Positions 1 to 11,388 are shown, counted from the first letter of the stretch. The stretch: 64,000 nucleotides of DNA from Octopus vulgaris (GCA_951406725.2 OX597832.1:62001-126000); one strand, 5' to 3'. Numbers and translations are program-made. Notes: generated by a model not told the origin, from the letters alone.

Positions 1-44
1 CCCAGGCCGCGCACATTTAAACAACCAACATAAATGTAATCCAT
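1..44 (-). CDS. Start of Tx1 ORF2 (APE endonuclease N-terminus)
   Basis: Translates MDYIYVGCLNVRGL, matching the APE motif I (LNVRGL) and KLGCLNVHVL of the ORF2 at 38931. Confidence 0.75.
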   Translation of the reverse strand, partial: MDYIYVGCLNVRGL

Positions 45-53
45 TACTTACCT

Positions 54-1403
54 TTATATCAGTGGTTCGGTTTTTTCTTCTTCTTCCTTCTCTTTTTCTG
101 GGCCTCGTGGGGGAGTCTGACGTAGGCCCTCGAATATATGTGGAGATGTTACATCCAACCTAAGTGGGCCTACGTCATGGAAGAATTCTGACTTTATCCG
201 CCCGTAATCCTTCCGGTCTATTTTGTAAATTGCAAAGTCATTTTTTTTTCTACTCTCTTCACATTGGCCATGGCTGCCAACACGTTTCCGAGTCTGCTAT
301 TTGATGCTTTTACGGCCATATATGAGTTCATTGACTCTTTTTTCTTTTTTAAAATTACTCTGGGAGGGGTGGTTTCCGTTTTTCTTTTTTTTTTTCCGAT
401 AATTTTTGCCCACCCCTCCTCATTTATCTTTTCTTCGCTCTTTTTTTCTCCGCCGCTGGTTCTGCTGTTACCATCACCTCCACACCTTCAGTCTTCCCAT
501 CTGGGCCGTCTGACGCTGCTTCTGGTGACACATTGTCTTCTTTTCCTTTTGGCTTAGGTGCTTCCTGCGGTTTGGGTTGGGGCTGGCATTCCGCCCTTAC
601 ATGCCCCTTCTTACCGCAGCCGAAGCACCTCGGCTTTCTGCCCTCTACGAAGACTGTGACTCTTTCATCTTCGCTTATCCTAAGAGTCTCTGGGATCTCT
701 TCCAGGGTTTGTACTTCTGCTTGTATGGCTATTATTATCTTTTGCCCTTTCCAGAATTCTTCTTCTTCTACGGTGGCCTGGAGGATGTTTATTTTTTCCT
801 CCAGGCCTACCATAACTGCTGCCACTAGGACTTCGGCATCCGCTTCTGGCGGGATGTTGTTCATAGTGATTTTGGAAGTTCTCTTGCCTTTATACAGGGG
901 TAGGAGAACAATATCCTCCGCTTTTATGGGTTCCATGGATAGCTTCTTCGCTACCTCCTCTGACGTGAATCTCACCTCCACTGTGCCGTATTTCTTCCCT
1001 CGATTGATATACGTAATTTTATCCATTATTGGCTTTAAGCAGTTTTCAATCTTTTTCTCCTCTATTTTTTGGATTGCTCTGTTTGTTATACTGAATGTCT
1101 TATAGATTATTCTCCTATTCGAAATATCCTCCTGTATTTGGGCGTTTGAAGCCACGGTTACTTCCGTGCCCTCTTTTGACACACAGTCCGCATGTTTTCC
1201 CAGGTTGTCCACGTTAATTTTTTTAATTTTCTTCCCAGCCACTTCAGCGAATTTTTTTGCTGGAGTTGATGCTGGTACTGGTTTTACCATTTTCTTGGGC
1301 GACGCCGCCTCTTTTTCTTCGGCGACAGCGCCTCTTTTTTTCTTGGCGACAACGCCTCTTTTTTACTTGGCGACAACGCCGGGTATTCATCCTCGCTCGT
1401 CAT
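54..1403 (-). CDS. LINE ORF1 (gag-like RNA-binding protein, zinc knuckle); core ORF 424-1290, extended across homopolymer frameshifts
   Basis: ORF 424..1290 carries a CX2CX4HX4C knuckle. Adding one base at the runs 1312-1316 and 441-447 joins an upstream ATG (1403, MTSEDEYPALSPSKK...) and a downstream EEGWAKIIGKKKRK segment. That segment resembles QEWVVIGPSKRKRK in the 37989 ORF1. The end at 54 needs a third +1 at 241-249 and is less certain. Confidence 0.7.
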
Positions 1404-1661
1404 GGGCGAATAAGTGATGGGGGACTCCATTTTGAACAAATGGCTTTAACAAGCCTTTGGTAATCTAAATTAATTGTAGTTTTCCCCCACTGAGGGGGGA
1501 ACACCAACGCGAAGTCTTCGCGCGAAGGTTGACTTCGTCCGTTAGACAACAATGGACAAAAAAAGGTAGACCAACAGTATATAATAACAGAGATAAGTAG
1601 TATGAGAGCAAAAATATATATCAACTTACTAATAACGCAATAAATTGATTTCCTCCATGTG

Positions 1662-3428
1662 ATTTTATTACTACCCACAAGGGGCGAACATAGAGGGGAC
1701 AATACAATCGGGGAACTTAAAATAAGAAAGCGAAATGACAAGAAGGGAAAAAATAAAAATAAAAATGACAAATGAAAGAATATTTACAATGAGATGCAAA
1801 TGCCCACTCGATCCCCGGAATCGAGAGGTTACATTTTCGTCACATATAGTTCACAATTTTTTTTTCCTTTTTTCTCTTCTTTCTTCTCTCTCCTCTCACA
1901 ATCTCACACGTATTCCATAATACCTTTCAAGTCTCTAAAGTCAATCACTGAGCCCTCAGGCAGCCGCTCTTTCATTCGAACACCCGTGTAAAAAATTACA
2001 CTCTCTCCAGCTGCTCTGAGGAACTCAGCGACTCTTTCTTCGGGGATCAGAGCAGTCTCCTGCCACTGATCAGTCATCCTGTTGACCCACACATGTCCCT
2101 CCATACTACATGTCAATTCCTTCATTTCGGGGCTGAAATGGAAGGTTATTAACTTGTAGTAATCTTGTTTCCGTCCTACGTTTTCTCTCGTTTTTCTTTT
2201 CGGGCTTACTTCTTCCTTGTTCTCCTCTCTTTGTTTCTCTCTTTCTCTCTTTTTGCCTTCTTTTCTTTCTCCTTCCTTCTCTTGTCTTTTTGGTTCTTTG
2301 TCTGTTCTCTCTTTCTCTCGTGTTTTATGTTCCTTTTCTTTTTCTTTTTGTGTGCCGTCTTTTCTTTTCGTTTGATTCTGATCTCTCTCTTGTTTTTTTC
2401 CTGTTGTTTCTTTTTCCTTTTTCTTTTCCTGACTCTGTTTTGGTTCTATTTCTTTCTTTTCTTTTATTTCTTTTTCCTTCATTGACTTATTATTTCCTTT
2501 CTCTTGTTGTTTTGTTTCCTTTTCTATGTTTTCTTTTTCATTTACCGTATTCTTCTTTTCGAGTTCCTGCTCGCACTCCGCTACGAATTCGTATAACGGG
2601 CACTCTTTTTTAATGTGCCCCCTTGTCCCGCACAAGTAGCAGTTTGGCTTTCTTCCCTCTACAATTACACTGAGGGTTTTCTCGTCTTCGATTTCTATTC
2701 TATAGGGGAACCTTTCAATGTCCTCTTTTGTGGCCATCAAACACAGTTCTACCCCATATCCTCTCCAATTTACTGCGTTGGACTCCTTAAAGGATTCCAC
2801 CTCCACTTCCTCTTCTGCTGCTCCTAGAATAGCTGTTGCCAGCCATTCTGTTTTTACTTCTGGGGGTATATTCGGGATTTTAACCCGGACCCCTCTTCTT
2901 CCCTTGTATGAGGGCCACATTATAAATGTTTCCGCTCTTAGAACAGTGGTAGCCAGTGAGGCTGCAATTTCTTCCGTTGCACATCTCACCTCCACCGTAC
3001 CAAATTTTTTTCCTCTACTCACGTAGGTCGATTTATCCATTATGTCTCCCAGACATTTTTCGATCTCTACTATCTCCACTCTTGCCAGTTTCTTTGTACT
3101 TTTGTCCTGGGTTCTATACGTTACAGTCTTGTTTTCTTTGTCCTCTTTTGCTTTCGCGGGGGGATTAGCTTCACGCTATCACCCTCCCTTTTGAATAGCT
3201 TTTCATATTCTTTGATTTTACTTTTCTCAAAGAAAACATCCTTCACGATTATCGACGAATCATTATTTTTCTTTCCCGTGACCCCCGCGTAAGTCGCCAT
3301 GACTAGAGGGTCAATTCACCTTCTTCGGAAGGTTTCCACAGGTGGAGGCAAACGCCTCGCGCGATATTAATCACTTTACACAACAAAATTTCAACTTCTA
3401 ATCACAGATAACAACACACGTGGGTAAA
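1662..3428 (-). mobile_element. ORF1-only non-autonomous non-LTR retroelement (HAL1-like, Tx1-derived) with 13-bp TSD
   Basis: Flanked by identical TTTCCTCCATGTG at 1649-1661 and 3429-3441. Contains a short 5'UTR, one gag-like ORF and a Tx1-style 3'UTR ending in AATAAAAT. No endonuclease or RT sequence. Confidence 0.8.
1904..3300 (-). CDS. ORF1 (gag-like, CCHC knuckle, charged C-terminal region)
   Basis: ORF 1904..3079 has CYLCGTRGHIKKEC and RGKKFGTVEVR, homologous to ORF 424..1290. One extra base in the G6 run at 3158-3163 joins it to the ATG at 3300 (MATYAGVTGK). Confidence 0.78.
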
Positions 3429-3965
3429 TTTCCTCCATGTGTTCAAATCTTTTTTTCCTCTACATTGTATACTTTATAGACAATAGTCTTTTCTTTAATT
3501 TAATTTTTTATTATCCATCTGGACTATTCCATTTCTGCACGCTAATTTTATTTTTAATTTATTCCCATTCATGTGAAACCACTTATTCAAGTTCAAGTCA
3601 TTGATGCAATTTCATACCAATTGCTATTTTTACTTTTGTTATGTTACGATTATATTATACTTTAGTTTGATTTTAACTATTACTTACTACATATAATTCA
3701 ATTGTTATTATTATTTTTATTGTTAAAGTGAAAGTATCTGACATAAAATAGAGAAATGTTTTTGTTTCACTTTTAACACGTAATACTGAAATAGTGGAGA
3801 AGATATGATATTGCTATGGGCTTGCCCTAGTCAAGAAGTTGAACATTTTTTTTGCCCATGAAACTACTTGGATGCTAAGTAAGGCATGTGTTAAATTTGA
3901 ATGAAATTGTTTGTGTAGTTCTCAAGTTTTAGGGAAACACTCAGACAGACAGACACACATTCTCA

Positions 3966-3970
<5 letters not shown>
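3429..3970 (-). mobile_element. Non-autonomous Helitron, 5' half, interrupted by retroelement insertions
   Basis: Near-identical to 4542-5090; the similarity ends exactly at the 13-mer 3429-3441. Confidence 0.8.
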
Positions 3971-4009
<39 letters not shown>

Positions 4010-4010
<1 letters not shown>

Positions 4011-5099
4011 TAGCATTAAAGACCCGTCGTTGCCGGGTCATAGTGCTAGTGCATGTATATATGTGTACATATGTGTCTTGCAAACAACTTGCACGTGCAA
4101 GTGCTACCAGTTAAAAGCTCCATATATCGGAAGCTAGCAAGTGTATTGGGTCATCTACACATAAAATACAAAATACAAAGCTATATCTTGATATTGCTAG
4201 TGATAACAATACTCAAAATACTCAAAATATATAACAGACTGGAATTGTTAGCCCGTCTCTTGTAATTTCGATCAATTGTATCTTGTCCTCCCTCTTGTAT
4301 AGAAGTGTGGCTACAATCCTGCCTACCTCTACTTCGGGGGGTGGGGTGGGGGGCATTAAAAATTTTTTTCCGGAACGTCCTACGTCCCAGATATAAAGGT
4401 AAAAATAAGATATTTCCACTTTGTAAGTTCGAGTCGAGTACTCCCTTGCATGCTCCGTTGACTCGAACCTTGCTTCTATTGTGGCGAATTTACCGCCTCT
4501 GATACCTTTCATAGTCGCACCAAGACACTTTTCGAAGGCGCTTTCCTCCATGTGTTCAAATCTTTTTTTCCTCTACATTGTATACTTTATAGACAATAGT
4601 CTTTTCTTTAATTTAATTTTTTATTATCCATCTGGACTATTCCATTTCTGCACGCTAATTTTATTTTTAATTTATTCCCATTCATGTGAAACCACTTATT
4701 CAAGTTCAAGTCATTGATGCAATTTCATACCAATTGCTATTTTTACTTTTGTTATGTTACGATTATATTATACTTTAGTTTGATTTTAACTATTACTTAC
4801 TACATATAATTCAATTGTTATTATTATTTTTATTGTTAAAGTGAAAGTATCTGACATAAAATAGAGAAACATTTTTGTTTCACTTTTAACACGTAATACT
4901 GAAATAGTGGAGACGATATGATATTGCTATGGGCTCGCTCTAGGCAAGAAGTTGAACATTTTTTTTTTTGCCCATGAAACTACATGGATCCTAAGTAAGG
5001 CATGTGTTAAATTTGAATGAAATTGGTTGTGTAGTTCTCAAGTTTTAGGGAAACACACAGACAGACAGACACACATTCTCAGTTTTATATATATAAAGA
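4010..5099 (-). mobile_element. Complete non-autonomous Helitron carrying a captured LINE ORF1 fragment
   Basis: Minus strand: 5'-TC (5099) with a (CTGT)n tract near the 5' end, subterminal hairpin CCCGGCAACGACGGG and 3'-CTAG (4010-4013), inserted between A and T. Confidence 0.85.
4222..4605 (-). pseudogene. Captured Tx1 ORF1 fragment inside the Helitron
   Basis: KTIVYKVY...MEESAFEKCLGATM..RGGKFATIEARF..PPEVEV..EDKIQL aligns with the two neighbouring ORF1s. Confidence 0.75.
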
Positions 5100-5110
5100 T
5101 ATATATATAT

Positions 5111-5271
5111 ATATTCTGTTGTGTCTGGGGGAGAGTCATGTTCTTTTTGTGCCATATAATTTAATGCAGTCACTGGTAAAATTTTAAGAAAATAAAAAAT
5201 AAGTGGAAATTTTACTGGTGAAATTATATGGCACAAAAAGAAAATTGCTCTCCCCAGACACAACAGAATAT
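5111..5271. repeat. Inverted repeat, arms about 65-75 bp (MITE-like or inverted PLE terminal repeat)
   Basis: ATATTCTGTTGTGTCTGGGG..TTCTTTTTGTGCCATATAATTT on the left and its reverse complement on the right. Confidence 0.7.
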
Positions 5272-5339
5272 GCTTCAACAAACAAACTCACATAAAGAAT
5301 CTTGCAAACCAAATCCAAAAATGAAATATATATATATAT

Positions 5340-8300
5340 CATGAAGCCAGACAGCCACCTTATAACCTATCAATCAGGGAACTGTGCTAGCCAGATTGAT
5401 TTCATCCTCACCAGACAGTGGGATGCAGGGTTGCTCTTAAACAAAGATCTTCCCATGTGAAGAATGTACTCCCCAGCATAGGCTAGTCATTAGTAACTTT
5501 AGGCTAGAGGCCAGAAGGATACCTAGAAGCAGACCAATCCAGAAAAGAGGATTTGGAAGCTAAAGAACCCTTCACACAGTCAGAGATTTAGGGACATCCT
5601 CATCAAGAAATTTGATGAGCGGGAGGAGGAGCTACAGACGTCGGACATAGAAGGTAGCTGGAAATTCCTATGGGACAGCTTGCTGAGTGCCATCGACCAA
5701 GTCTGTGGATGGTGCAAAGTCCCTTCCAGACCCATTGGTATGTGGTGGTGGAATAGTACGGTAGACAAAGCCATTAGGGCAAAGAAACAAGCGTGGAAAG
5801 CCTGGAAGGATGGTGGTAGCAGGGAACGGTACCAGGTAGCCAGAAGGGAGGCTGGACTGCAGGTATACATAGCCAAGGGCGAAGCAGAAAAGAAGAAGTT
5901 TGCCAATGTCCAGAGACGTGAGGACCAAAGAACTGAAGTATTTCAGATTGCAAAACAGTGTGTAAGAGAAAATTGTGATTTCACAGGAGAGAAATGTGTT
6001 CGAATGGATGATGGTGCACTTGCTTTTAGTGATTCTGAAAAGAAAGATGCTTGGAGAAGCAATTATGAAAGACTGCTGAATGTGGAGAATGAATGGGAGG
6101 AGGAGAGCCTTCCAAATGTTGACCCAGTAGAGGGACCAGCTATCCCAATAGAGAGCTCCCTAGTAGATAAAGCAATTAAGGGCATAAAGCCAGAAAAAGC
6201 CCCTGGCCCATCAGGAATCACTGCTGAGATGCTTAAAGCATCTGGTGGTGTAGGCTATGGCCTAGTCACCCGCATTGTAAACCAGGTAGTACATAACGGA
6301 GTCATACCCAATGACTAGCGTAGCAGCACCATATTCAACTGCTACATGGGTAAAGGTGATGCTCTAGATCGGAATAACTACAGGGGTATTAAACTGCTGG
6401 ATCAGGTGATGAAGGTTACAGAGAGGATCATAGTTCATCTCATTAGGGAGAGAGTCTGCTTAGATGAGATGCAGTTTGGTTTTGTTCCGAATAGAAGCAC
6501 CACTGATGCCATATTCCTGGTTCAACAACTGCAGGACAAATACCTAGCTAAAGATAAACCCCTCTACTTGGCTTTTGTGGACTTGGAGAAAGCCTATGAC
6601 AGGGTCCCCCTATCCCTTATCTGGTGGGCAATGCGGAAACTGGAGATTGATGAATGGTTGATAAGGGCTGTACAGGCCCTATACAGAGAGGCCGTTAGTA
6701 AGGTTAGGATTGGCAACGAGTATAGTGAAGAATTCCGGGTCCACCAAGGTTCGGCCCTTAGTTCCCTTCTATTCATCATAGTCCCCCAGGCAATAACAGA
6801 GGAATTCAAGACGGGTTGCTCCTGGGAGATCCTCTATGCTGATGACCTGGCCCTACAGGAACTAGAAAAGAAATTTCGGGTGTGGAAGCTAGGTTTAGAT
6901 TCAAAAGGCCTTAGAGTCAATGTAGCAAAGACCAAAGTTATAGTAAGCAGAAAGGCGAACTCATCACACACACCCTTTAAGCAGGTGGCCCTGTTTGATC
7001 TATAGAAATGGTGTAGGTAGAAACTCCATAAGATGTACCCAGTGTAAGCTATGGATGCATGAGAGGTGCAGCAACATCAAAGGAAAATTAACCGAGAAGA
7101 TAGCTTTCATGTGCGGCAGATGCACAGGGGCAATAGACACCACAGATGCTCAGAAAATTGATTCCATCACACTCCAGGTGGAGAAACTAGAAGTAGTTGA
7201 TAGTTTCTGCTACCTAGGTGACCAAGTTAGTAGTGGAGGTGGATGCTCAGAGAGTGTCACCACTATAATACGAATAGCCTGGGCAAAGTTTAGAAAGCTC
7301 CTACCCCTACTGGTGACAAAGGGTCTCTCGCTCAGAGTGAAAAGTAGATTGTACGTTGCATGTATGCGAACTGCCATGCTTCATGGTAATGAAACACGGG
7401 CTGTGACTGCAGAGGACATGCGTAGGCTTGAAAGAAATGAAGCTAGCATGATCCGCTAGATGTGTAACATCAGTGTGCACACTCGACAGTGTAAGCACCC
7501 TGAGAGAAATGCTGCACATAAGAAGCATCGGATATGGTGTGCAAGAGAGACGTTTGCGCTGATATGGTCATGTACTACGGATGGATGAGGAGAGATGTGT
7601 GAAGAATTGGCACTCTCAAACAGTTGAATGTATCCGGGGGAGAGGTAAACCCTGGAAGACATGGGATGAGCTAGTCAAGTATGACCTTCGAACGTTGGGC
7701 CTTACAGAGGCAATGATGAAAGACCGAGATCTCTAGAGATATACTGTGACTGCAAAGACCCGACAAATAATGTGAGTTCATGGCTGCTTGCTACACCAGT
7801 TTCGCATAGCCTCAACCCATCCAAAGTACCTTGGATTGCAGAACGACCTGCTTTGTTTACCTTGGATCGTAGGGTGACCTGCTGTGCTTGAGAAGACCTA
7901 TTGAGTCAAATACATCAAAATAAATATCAAATGGAAATTGTAGTTGTGATACCTATGCTGGCGGCACGTAAAAAGCACCATCCGAACGTGGCCAATGCCA
8001 GCGCCGCCTTGACTGGCTTCTGTGCCGGTGGCATGTAACCTGCTGTGCTTGAGGAGACCTATTAAGTCAAGTACATCAACATCAAAATAAATATCAAATG
8101 GAAATTGTAGTTGTGATACCTATGACAGTGGCACGTAAAAAGCACCATCCGAATGTGGCCGATGCCAGTGGCGCGTAAAAAACACCATCTGATCGTGGCC
8201 GCTGCCAGCCTCCCCTGGCACTTGTTCTGGTGGTACGTAAAAAGCACCCACAACACTCACAGAGTGGTTGGTGTTAGGAAGGGCATCCAGCTGTAGAAAC

Positions 8301-8409
8301 ACTGCCAGATCAGACTGAAGCCTGGTGCAGCCTCCTGGCTTCCCAGACCCCGTTTGAACCGTCCAACCCATGCTAGCACGGAAAACGGATGTTAAACAAT
8401 GATGATGAT
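5340..8409 (+). mobile_element. RTE-clade LINE (PHD-insert family), 5'-truncated, disrupted ORF
   Basis: ORFs 5680, 6346 and 6995 carry KAPGPSG, NYRGIKLL, FVDLEKAYD, QGSALS and YADDL. The 3'UTR repeats and (GAT)n tail are shared with the copies at 21882 and 33230. Confidence 0.9.
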
Positions 8410-8429
8410 ATATATATATATATATATAT

Positions 8430-10796
8430 ATTAGTGAACACATAACCTATTTCCCTAAAAAAACAACAAATTAAATCCAACCTTAATTTAAATGAATGGA
8501 AAGACCTTGTTGAGCTAAAAAATGACATAAACCTCACCATTAAAGAAGCCGACAAAGGAAGTGCGGTAGTAGTGATGGATACAGAGTACTACAAAAATTT
8601 AATGCTTTCCATGTTGGAAAATAATACTATGAGAAATTAATACAATGCAACCCACAGAAAACACTGAAAAACATATCCTCTTTACTCCAAATTCATGGAA
8701 AGGGTCTCACTAAACTTGAAATAGACTATTTATCCAATTTTAAATACAGTCCTAGTCTATTCTACGGATTACCCAAAATACATAAAAATCCACACATTTG
8801 TGAAGCCTGCAAAGTCTCTACAAGCCTATGCATTAATGTCCATCCCCCTACTGACCTCAGACTGAGACCCATCATAGCTGGCCCTTCTTGTGAAACCCAC
8901 CGTTTGAGCAACTTCCTCGACATATTACTCAAACCTTTTTTAAAATATGTGAAAAGCTTTATCAGGGATGACCTAGACATGCTGAACCACTTCCCGAAGA
9001 CAGTAAAGGAAGGAACCCTGCTGGTATCTTTCGATGTGATGAATCTCTACACCAATATCTCACAACTATGGTATAGAATCAATCACATTCTGGCTAGAAA
9101 AATACCCAGAAGAGATCCCAAGACGCATTAACCACTGTTTTATAATTGAAGCACTTAAATTCATCCTGCTGAACAATTATTTCATGTTCGATACAACTTA
9201 CTATCAACAAAAATGTGGAATTGCAATGGGAACCAGAGCTGCTCCAGTGATTGCAAACCTTGTAATGGGTTACCTAGAACTTAAGTTATACCAATCATCA
9301 CTAGAAAAATATGGCGCCTCTTTTAATTGCTATTTAAAGGAGAACTGGAAGAGATATTTGGATGATTGCTTCATACTTTGGAAAGACAGCATGGACAAAC
9401 TCCTTGATTTCAAAATAATGCTTAACAACATACATAGCAATATACAATTCACTATGGAACACAACAGTAAACAACTCCCTTTTCTAGACATCTTAATTAA
9501 AATAGTTAATAACCACATAGAAACAGACATCTTTTATAAACCCACAGATTCTAAACAATACCTATTATTTAACTCTTGCCACCCCAAACACAAAAATTAA
9601 TATACCTTTTAATCTAGCGAAAAGAATCTGTACCATAGTTTCGGATGCATATACTCGTGAACAAAGACTCCTTGAACTTAGATCAACACTAACTAAATGA
9701 CATTACCCAATCTCATTAATAAATGAAGGCATTAAAAGAGCTAAGGAAATAGATATACAAATATTAAGGCAAACCAGCCGAAATACTAAACCAGATTTAA
9801 AAATACTCCCATACATTTCCACACATAACCCTAGAAACAACGAAGCCTTCAACATTATCACCTAAAATCTTCCCATCCTCACAGCAGACAAAACAATGAA
9901 TGAAATTTTAAGCTCATACAAAATTATAAAAAGCAAAAGGCAACCGAAATCACTGAAAAAATATTAACCAGCGCAAGACTATATCCACTAACAACAGAGC
10001 CAAAAGTGAAAAAATGCGGTCGTCCTAACTGTGGAACATGCCCCCACCTTTTGGAGGGTTCAGAATTTCACTTCAAACCCTTGGAGGGTTCAGAATTTCA
10101 CTTCAAACAAGGAGAAATATTTAATATCAAATCAAATTTCACCTGCGCCTCGGAAAATCTAATCTATGTCATGACATGCTTAGGATGTGGTAACCACTAT
10201 ATTGGACAAACAGGAATATCACACCGTCGAAAAACCACCATCCACAAAGAGCAAATCCGCCACCCACAATACAGACAGTTACAGGTTTGTGAACACATAC
10301 CAGGAATCTTAATCCTAATTTCCAAATCTTCCCCTTCTATCAATGTTTACAGAACACAACAATGCAACAAAGGTTGAATAAAGGGGCAATTTTCATCAAT
10401 AAATATCTTCCCCAACTAAATATGAACACCCAACTTAATACAGAACACCACTAACCCCTATACACTCCCTACACCATTCACATTACAATTCTATATCTAA
10501 CACAACTGCACTAAATCCAGAACTACTTACCTCCCTTACAAATAATCTTTTTACTCAGGAACTATTAGACCTGACACTGTTCATTAGCCGGTGTTTATTC
10601 AAAGCAATGAATAGCTTATGACGAAACCATGGTATGCTTTGCTTTCTGACTTTTTAATCTTCTCATTATAATGACTTTTATGACTTTTATTACTACCTCA
10701 GTCCATCTAAATGTATATATCTGTTGTTACCTTTCATAAAAAGCCATTTCTTTTTTTATTTACAATATGCATTTTCGTTGATTTTTCTTACTTTCC

Positions 10797-10800
<4 letters not shown>
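8430..10800 (+). mobile_element. Penelope-like element (RT + GIY-YIG endonuclease), frameshifted, with 3' terminal region
   Basis: LVSFDVMNLYTNI, GIAMGTRAAP, RYLDDCF, LPFLDI, YKPTDSKQYL, CGRPNCGTC and NLIYVMTC..YIGQTG; 30-bp internal tandem duplication at 10051-10108. Confidence 0.9.
10600..10641 (+). ncRNA. Degenerate minimal hammerhead in the PLE 3' region
   Basis: Stem I CAAAGCA/TGCTTTG and GAAAC-CATG-GTA with palindromic ACCATGGT; the CTGANGA box is damaged (only ATGA remains). Confidence 0.4.
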
Positions 10801-10849
<49 letters not shown>

Positions 10850-11388
10850 TACATACACACACACACATTAGCATTATGTGTTTTGTTCATGTTTTAATAT
10901 GTGCACATAATTGTGGAATTTCACAGATTTTTTTATGTTAGACATGGTCCATGGGATTGTTAATTCATATATATGAGATCTCTCTTCATATGAAATTATA
11001 TGTAGCCTTGTTAACCCATAAAGAAAGAATATTTATCCACCAATGTGATGTTGAACACTCATTCTCACTGTCCAGTATTAACATACATATATGGAACATC
11101 CAGTTTTACATACTCACATGGATCACACAGATTTTGTATAGCTGGATGCCATTCCCGTTACAGTCCTCGCCTATTTTCAAGTAAAGAAATATTTCACCTT
11201 GCCTAGATATTACATGGAATATTGGAAACTAAGAACACCTCTTACATGCCAGTGACAACTATTGCCCAATATCAAGGCAAGGAGACAGTAAAACAAACAT
11301 AGTCGAATCATTGGTATAACAACGATGTTCTGGTGACCTGATGAGCTAGTTTCCTTTATTTCCATTGATTTGTGATTATATAATTATA

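Larger units (their letters stand above)
1..1648 (-). mobile_element. Tx1/L1-clade LINE, 5' part (5'UTR, ORF1, start of ORF2); continues beyond the left edge of the window
   Basis: Gag-like ORF1 with CCHC knuckle (CFGCGKKGHVRAEC). An APE-type ORF2 start MDYIYVGCLNVRGL begins at 44 on the minus strand. The 5' boundary abuts the 13-mer at 1649-1661. Confidence 0.85.

Noticed and set aside
533-1105. Antisense ORFs over ORF1 and the RTE ORFs (also 22627-23907 and 35594-36926)
   Set aside because: Shadow frames of the transposon coding strands
424-3300. A single LINE with two ORF1s, or a tandem host zinc-knuckle gene pair
   Set aside because: The upstream ORF1 has its own 3'UTR and AATAAA and is bracketed by a 13-bp duplication matching the Helitron empty site, so two separate insertions fit better
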